This document shows positions 20,022-22,321 of a DNA stretch of 22,321 nt, piece after piece. The first letter of the stretch is position 1, and every line of letters starts with the position of its first letter. The stretch comes from Octopus sinensis (lineage: Eukaryota). The stretch spans positions 1 to 22,321 of the forward strand of contig NW_021837003.1 of the NCBI RefSeq assembly GCF_006345805.1. Reading direction: 5' to 3'. The translations under genes were made by a program, and so were the position numbers. The notes beneath the pieces are model-generated. The model saw only the letters and a program-made list of their open reading frames with translations, made no database searches and had not been told where the DNA came from.

Positions 20022-20648
20022 CATGTGTGTGCGTGTGCATGTTTGTACGGAAAATCCCTTCCAGCTTTGACCATCCTCTCTTATATTCAGACGTTGTTGT
20101 TGCTGTTCTTTGGCCGTAGATTAGTTCTAATAGAGCTGTCCTATGTTCAAAAACGATCCACCCATGAAAGTACTGTCGTCTTCATTTACCTTACTTGGCA
20201 GTTTCCAGTGTGTCCTTCATTTTTAAAGATAGTACATCGAGCTTTGAGTCAAATTTGGCTGCTATTTCTAGCAATTCAAGCGATTACAGAGGCAACCAAA
20301 AGAACTAACTGAAATCCCGTTCGTTTTCGTGGCGATTATAGTAACAGTCCCCATACATCTGGACACATAAAAGAAGAGAAGCAGAATTGAACCACTAAAG
20401 CGGTTGTACCCATCACTGCAAACTAAATAAACACACGTCATTTCTACAGTGTTTGCAATCCCACTGCTTCCGTATTTCCTCCCTAATCCGTAGTTAAGGT
20501 GGACTGGTCCTTCAACGTCCAAATGAAGCAGGAGAGGTATTCAGCCACTAGCAGGACACGAACTATCGTCTCTAATTTCATCTGAACTTCTACATTGATT
20601 CGCTAAACTATTTCGCTGGAAACCAAAACAAACTGAACAAAAGCTCAA

Positions 20649-20651
<3 letters not shown>

Positions 20652-20706
<55 letters not shown>

Positions 20707-20711
20707 GTATA

Positions 20712-20751
<40 letters not shown>

Positions 20752-20768
20752 TATATATGTATATATAT

Positions 20769-20799
<31 letters not shown>

Positions 20800-20800
20800 T
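20652..20800. repeat. (CT)n, (TA)n and (TG)n microsatellites
   Basis: Read directly. Confidence 0.95.
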
Positions 20801-21174
20801 TATAACAGTTTCACTGGCTCCACCTGACATGAAGTTTCACGTGTGGAGGACGCATCAATAGATTGAGAGTTTAGAGAGAAATTCAAGATGGCTTCTAGAT
20901 ATTTAGGCCTCTATTGGTCAATTCAAGTCACGTGGTATTAATGCTATCAAAGCGACTCCAGCAATTTTCTTTACTTTCAGGTCCCCGTGGTCGGAAAGGG
21001 TATTGGTCAGGTGTTGGTAAGGTGTTTGGGCGATTTTGTCAACAGGTTGTGGCATTGTATATTCAGCGAAGTCGGTTTTTTGGATTGGATACAAAACATA
21101 GTCTGTGGCTCAGTCACCGTTCAGTGTGGTATGAACAAATAAGTGGCACCTGGAGCCCGCAATAGCCATTTCTG

Positions 21175-22139
21175 TCACGTATAGCAGCCATTGAAAGCAA
21201 GGACAATGTTGAAGCATTGTCCTGATGAAACAAGGCCCCTTTTGTCAGTTATCCTAGGTGTTTGGTCTTCATAGCCTTTCATAAGTGCCTCAGCAAGTTG
21301 GTATAGTACTCTCCATTGATTATGTAGCCCTTTTGAAGATAGTCAATAAACACAATGTGTTTTGCATCCCCCAAAAATCTGAAGAAATCACCTTCCCTGC
21401 AGATGAAACGACCTTGGCCTTCTTTGGAGCGGGCGAGGAGGAGTGTTTCCACTGCACGGATTGTCTCTTGTATCTGGCTCAAAGAGATGAAACCAACACT
21501 CACCCTGGGCTAGGAAATGCTCAAGGGAACCAATTGAATCTTCCTGAGATAATTCAGATTTTCCCGTGATGGGAAAAGCCAGGTGCGCTTTTGATCAGGT
21601 GTCGGAAGACGTGACACTCACCGAGCAGAAAACCTTCGTCGTGCCAAGTTCCTTGTGCAGAATATTCTCAACTCTCTCATGGGATATGCTAACAGCATTG
21701 GCTATTTGATTGATAGTCAACCGCCTGTCATCATTTACCATGTGGTGAACGTGATCAATGTTTTCCTCGGTGGTGGCAGTTGTAAGACGTCCGGATATTG
21801 GATTATCTTCAAGGCTCTCCCTTTCCCTCCTAAATTCAGCTGCCCACTCTTGCACTGTTGATAAAGCTGGACCCGTTATCCCCTAATGTATCAAGCATGT
21901 CAGCATGAATGTCCTTGGGAGCTAAACCCTTTCCTTGCACTACGATGTCAAATTTTGTCCATTTTCAAGAGAAGTCGCTACTAGTTACATTTGAAGTGTT
22001 CTTTGAACAGTCAAAAGTCAATTTATCTGGAAAGAAATGATGCAGTTATTAATTAGATTTTAAATGAATGCATGCAATATTTCACAGTTCTAGCATCACT
22101 CCTTCATAATCAGACTATGACCTTTTCAGCCCGACCTCG
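21175..22139 (-). mobile_element. Mariner (DD34D-type) transposon relic, 3'-truncated
   Basis: One TIR, TA|CGAGGTCGGGCTGAAAAGG, ends at 22139 with TA at 22140-22141. ATG at 21962. Motifs include TVQEWAAEFRRERESLEDNPISGRLTTATTEENIDHVHHMVNDDRRLTINQIA, WKHSSSPAPKKAKV, FIDYLQKGYIINGEYYTNLL and FHQDNA. The sequence breaks off near 21175 before YSPDLAP; no second TIR is seen. Confidence 0.92.
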
Positions 22140-22321
22140 TATGTATATGCATGTGTTCAATTAAATGGAGCCGCTTGAAACGGTCGTACTGCATCACTAC
22201 TTCATATCCTGTTACTCATATTGATTATATATATATATTTATATATATATTAATAAATAAAACATATGCATATATATATACATATATGTACGTACCTACT
22301 CTACATGTATATATACACACG

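Noticed and set aside
18940-20640. Short open frames and splice-like signals (e.g. AAG|GTAAAC near 19206; ORF 20268-20522)
   Set aside because: No consistent exon phase or recognisable protein, and the 20268 ORF runs into a SINE remnant. A small host exon cannot be excluded.

Overview
Repeat-dense, apparently gene-free eukaryotic DNA. The microsatellite load and tRNA-derived SINE families point to an octopus or other coleoid cephalopod (inferred from sequence style, not verified). Nearly all long ORFs in the track are microsatellite artefacts. The protein-coding signal I can recognise is all decayed transposon: three L1/Tx1-clade LINE fragments, an RTE LINE 3' end, a Penelope-like GIY-YIG relic, and two Tc1/mariner relics, one nested in a SINE with TA duplications. 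There are also several SINEs, a MITE-like foldback and a Helitron-like end. The most interesting locus is 2106-2803. It holds a 356-bp unit delimited by two predicted hammerhead cleavage sites, with one near-complete type I hammerhead at 2432-2482 that has a one-nucleotide core deviation. The unit is self-complementary, carries a G-quadruplex motif and a hairpin that would block the ribozyme, and is present as a partial tandem copy plus an inverted copy. This fits a metazoan retrozyme (circular-RNA-producing, non-autonomous retroelement) or a Penelope-type terminal repeat. Activity is unproven.
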